Below, piece after piece: positions 62,612-64,000 of a stretch of 64,000 nt of DNA. A program made the position numbers and the translations under genes. The stretch is from Macrostomum hystrix (taxonomy: Eukaryota > Animalia > Platyhelminthes). The stretch is from contig CATNEN010000029.1 in NCBI GenBank assembly GCA_950097015.1, forward strand, positions 5,208,001 to 5,272,000, in the 5' to 3' direction. The notes under the pieces are model-generated. The model had not been told where the DNA came from. It ran no database searches and saw nothing but the letters and a program-made list of their open reading frames with translations. Numbering within the stretch: position 1 is the first letter of the stretch; each line of letters begins with the position of its first letter.

Positions 62612-63350
62612 AGAGAGTGAGATGAAGGGGAGAGTGAGATGAAGGGGAGAGTGAAATGAAGGGGAGAGTGAGATGAAGGGGAGAGTGAGATGAAGGGGAG
62701 AGTGAGATGAAGGGGAGAGTGAGATGAAGGGGAGAGTGAGATGAAGGGGAGAGTGAGATGAAGGGGAGAGTGAGATGAAGGGGAGAGTGAGATGAAGGGG
62801 AGAGTGAGATGAAGGGGAGAGTGAGATGAAGGGGAGAGTGAGATGAAGGGAGATTGATATGAAGGGAGAGAGTGACGTGAGGGGAAGAGTGAGATGAACG
62901 GAGATAGTAACATGAGGGCAAGGGGGTGAGATGAAGGGAGAGCGTAACGTGAGGGGAAGAGTGATATGAAGGGATATTGAGATGAAGGGGGAGAGTGAGA
63001 TGAAGGGGGAGGGTGAGATGAAGGGGGAGAGTGAGATGAAGGGGGAGGGTGAGATGAAGGGGGAGAGTGAGATGAAGGGGGAGAGTGAGATGAAGGGGGA
63101 GAGTGAGATGAAGGGGGAGAGTGAGATGAAGGGGGAGAGTGAGATGAAGGGGGAGAGTGAGATGAAGGGGGAGAGTGAGATGAAGGGGGAGAGTGAGATG
63201 AAGGGGGAGAGTGAGATGAAGGGGAGAGTGAGATGAAGGTAGACAGTAACGTGAGGGGGAGTGAGATGAAGAGGGAGTGAGATGATGGGAGAGAGTAACG
63301 TGTGGGGAAGGGTGAGATGAAGGGTGATGCTGAGATGAAAGGAGTGAGAT
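62612..63350. repeat. 17/18-bp purine-rich minisatellite (GAGATGAAGGGG[G]AGAGT), two sub-blocks
   Basis: 17-bp units 62612-62850; 18-bp units 62980-63230. Confidence 0.94.
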
Positions 63351-64000
63351 GAAGACAGATATGTGAAGGGCGGATATGTAAGGTGAAGTACGTAAAAGTA
63401 AGGTGGAGTAGGTTAGCTGGCAGAAAGAATAAATGGCGGGAAATAGCTAAGAGAAGAGAAAAACAGCACGAAGAATTAGACCTGGATAATAGCCTACGAA
63501 GCGGGTGGGAGTCTCATTAGTTAATTAAGTGCAATGGGCCAATTAGTTGTGCTTGGAGATTTCATACACGGAAACAGGAAGCCTTCTCGGTGATGCTGAA
63601 AATCTGCACTGTCGGTTGCGTCTGGAAAAATCTATTTTTAGATTTAATATTATTATTTTTATTAGTCCACGTGACTGCATGTCCAAAGGCTCCCGAACTA
63701 AAACCAGTAAAAGACTTGAGCACTAATGAGCACTAATTTCCCATGTAGGCAAATCTATATGTCTACATCTAAATCTAAATCTACATCTACTTTTCAATCA
63801 TATATGAAATACAGTCTACATGCAACAACAAATTAACAACATTTCGACACTTAATTTGCTGTCGAAATACTGTTGATTTTTTGTCGAAATGTACAACAGC
63901 ATTTCGAAAACAAATAAGCAATAAAAATTTGAAAACTAATTAAGAACACTTCCACAGAATTTCGACAACAAAACAACATTTCGACAGCAAATCACCAACA

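Overview
Eukaryotic (metazoan) genomic DNA with spliceosomal GT-AG introns, GC-rich and polyQ/polyA-rich exons, and AT-rich or minisatellite-filled introns. The style suggests a free-living flatworm such as Macrostomum, but this is inference only. I reconstructed four multi-exon genes by hand from splice sites, reading phase and remembered family motifs. (1) USP32 deubiquitinase, minus strand, 8643-20534, 14 exons, about 1452 aa. (2) A RasGRP-type Ras GEF (REM, CDC25, 2 EF-hands, C1, coiled coil), plus strand, about 25183-37333, 15 exons. (3) A CEP170-family FHA protein, minus strand, 40800-58962; its N- and C-terminal halves look like separate genes in the ORF track but join in phase. (4) A ChaC glutathione gamma-glutamylcyclotransferase, minus strand, 61147-62129, 2 exons. 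Non-genic content includes a decayed APE-endonuclease (RTE-like LINE) relic between two satellite arrays, three copies of a tRNA-derived SINE, a second short tRNA-like dispersed motif, a fold-back element, and about 30 different locus-specific tandem arrays. The most unusual signal is how tandem repeats interact with genes: arrays appear seeded from splice-junction or stop-codon sequence, one is probably coding, one sits in a stop-free 3n candidate intron, and some show higher-order or hairpin-forming variants. I found no prokaryotic-type system such as CRISPR. No database searches were run; family assignments rest on recalled motifs.
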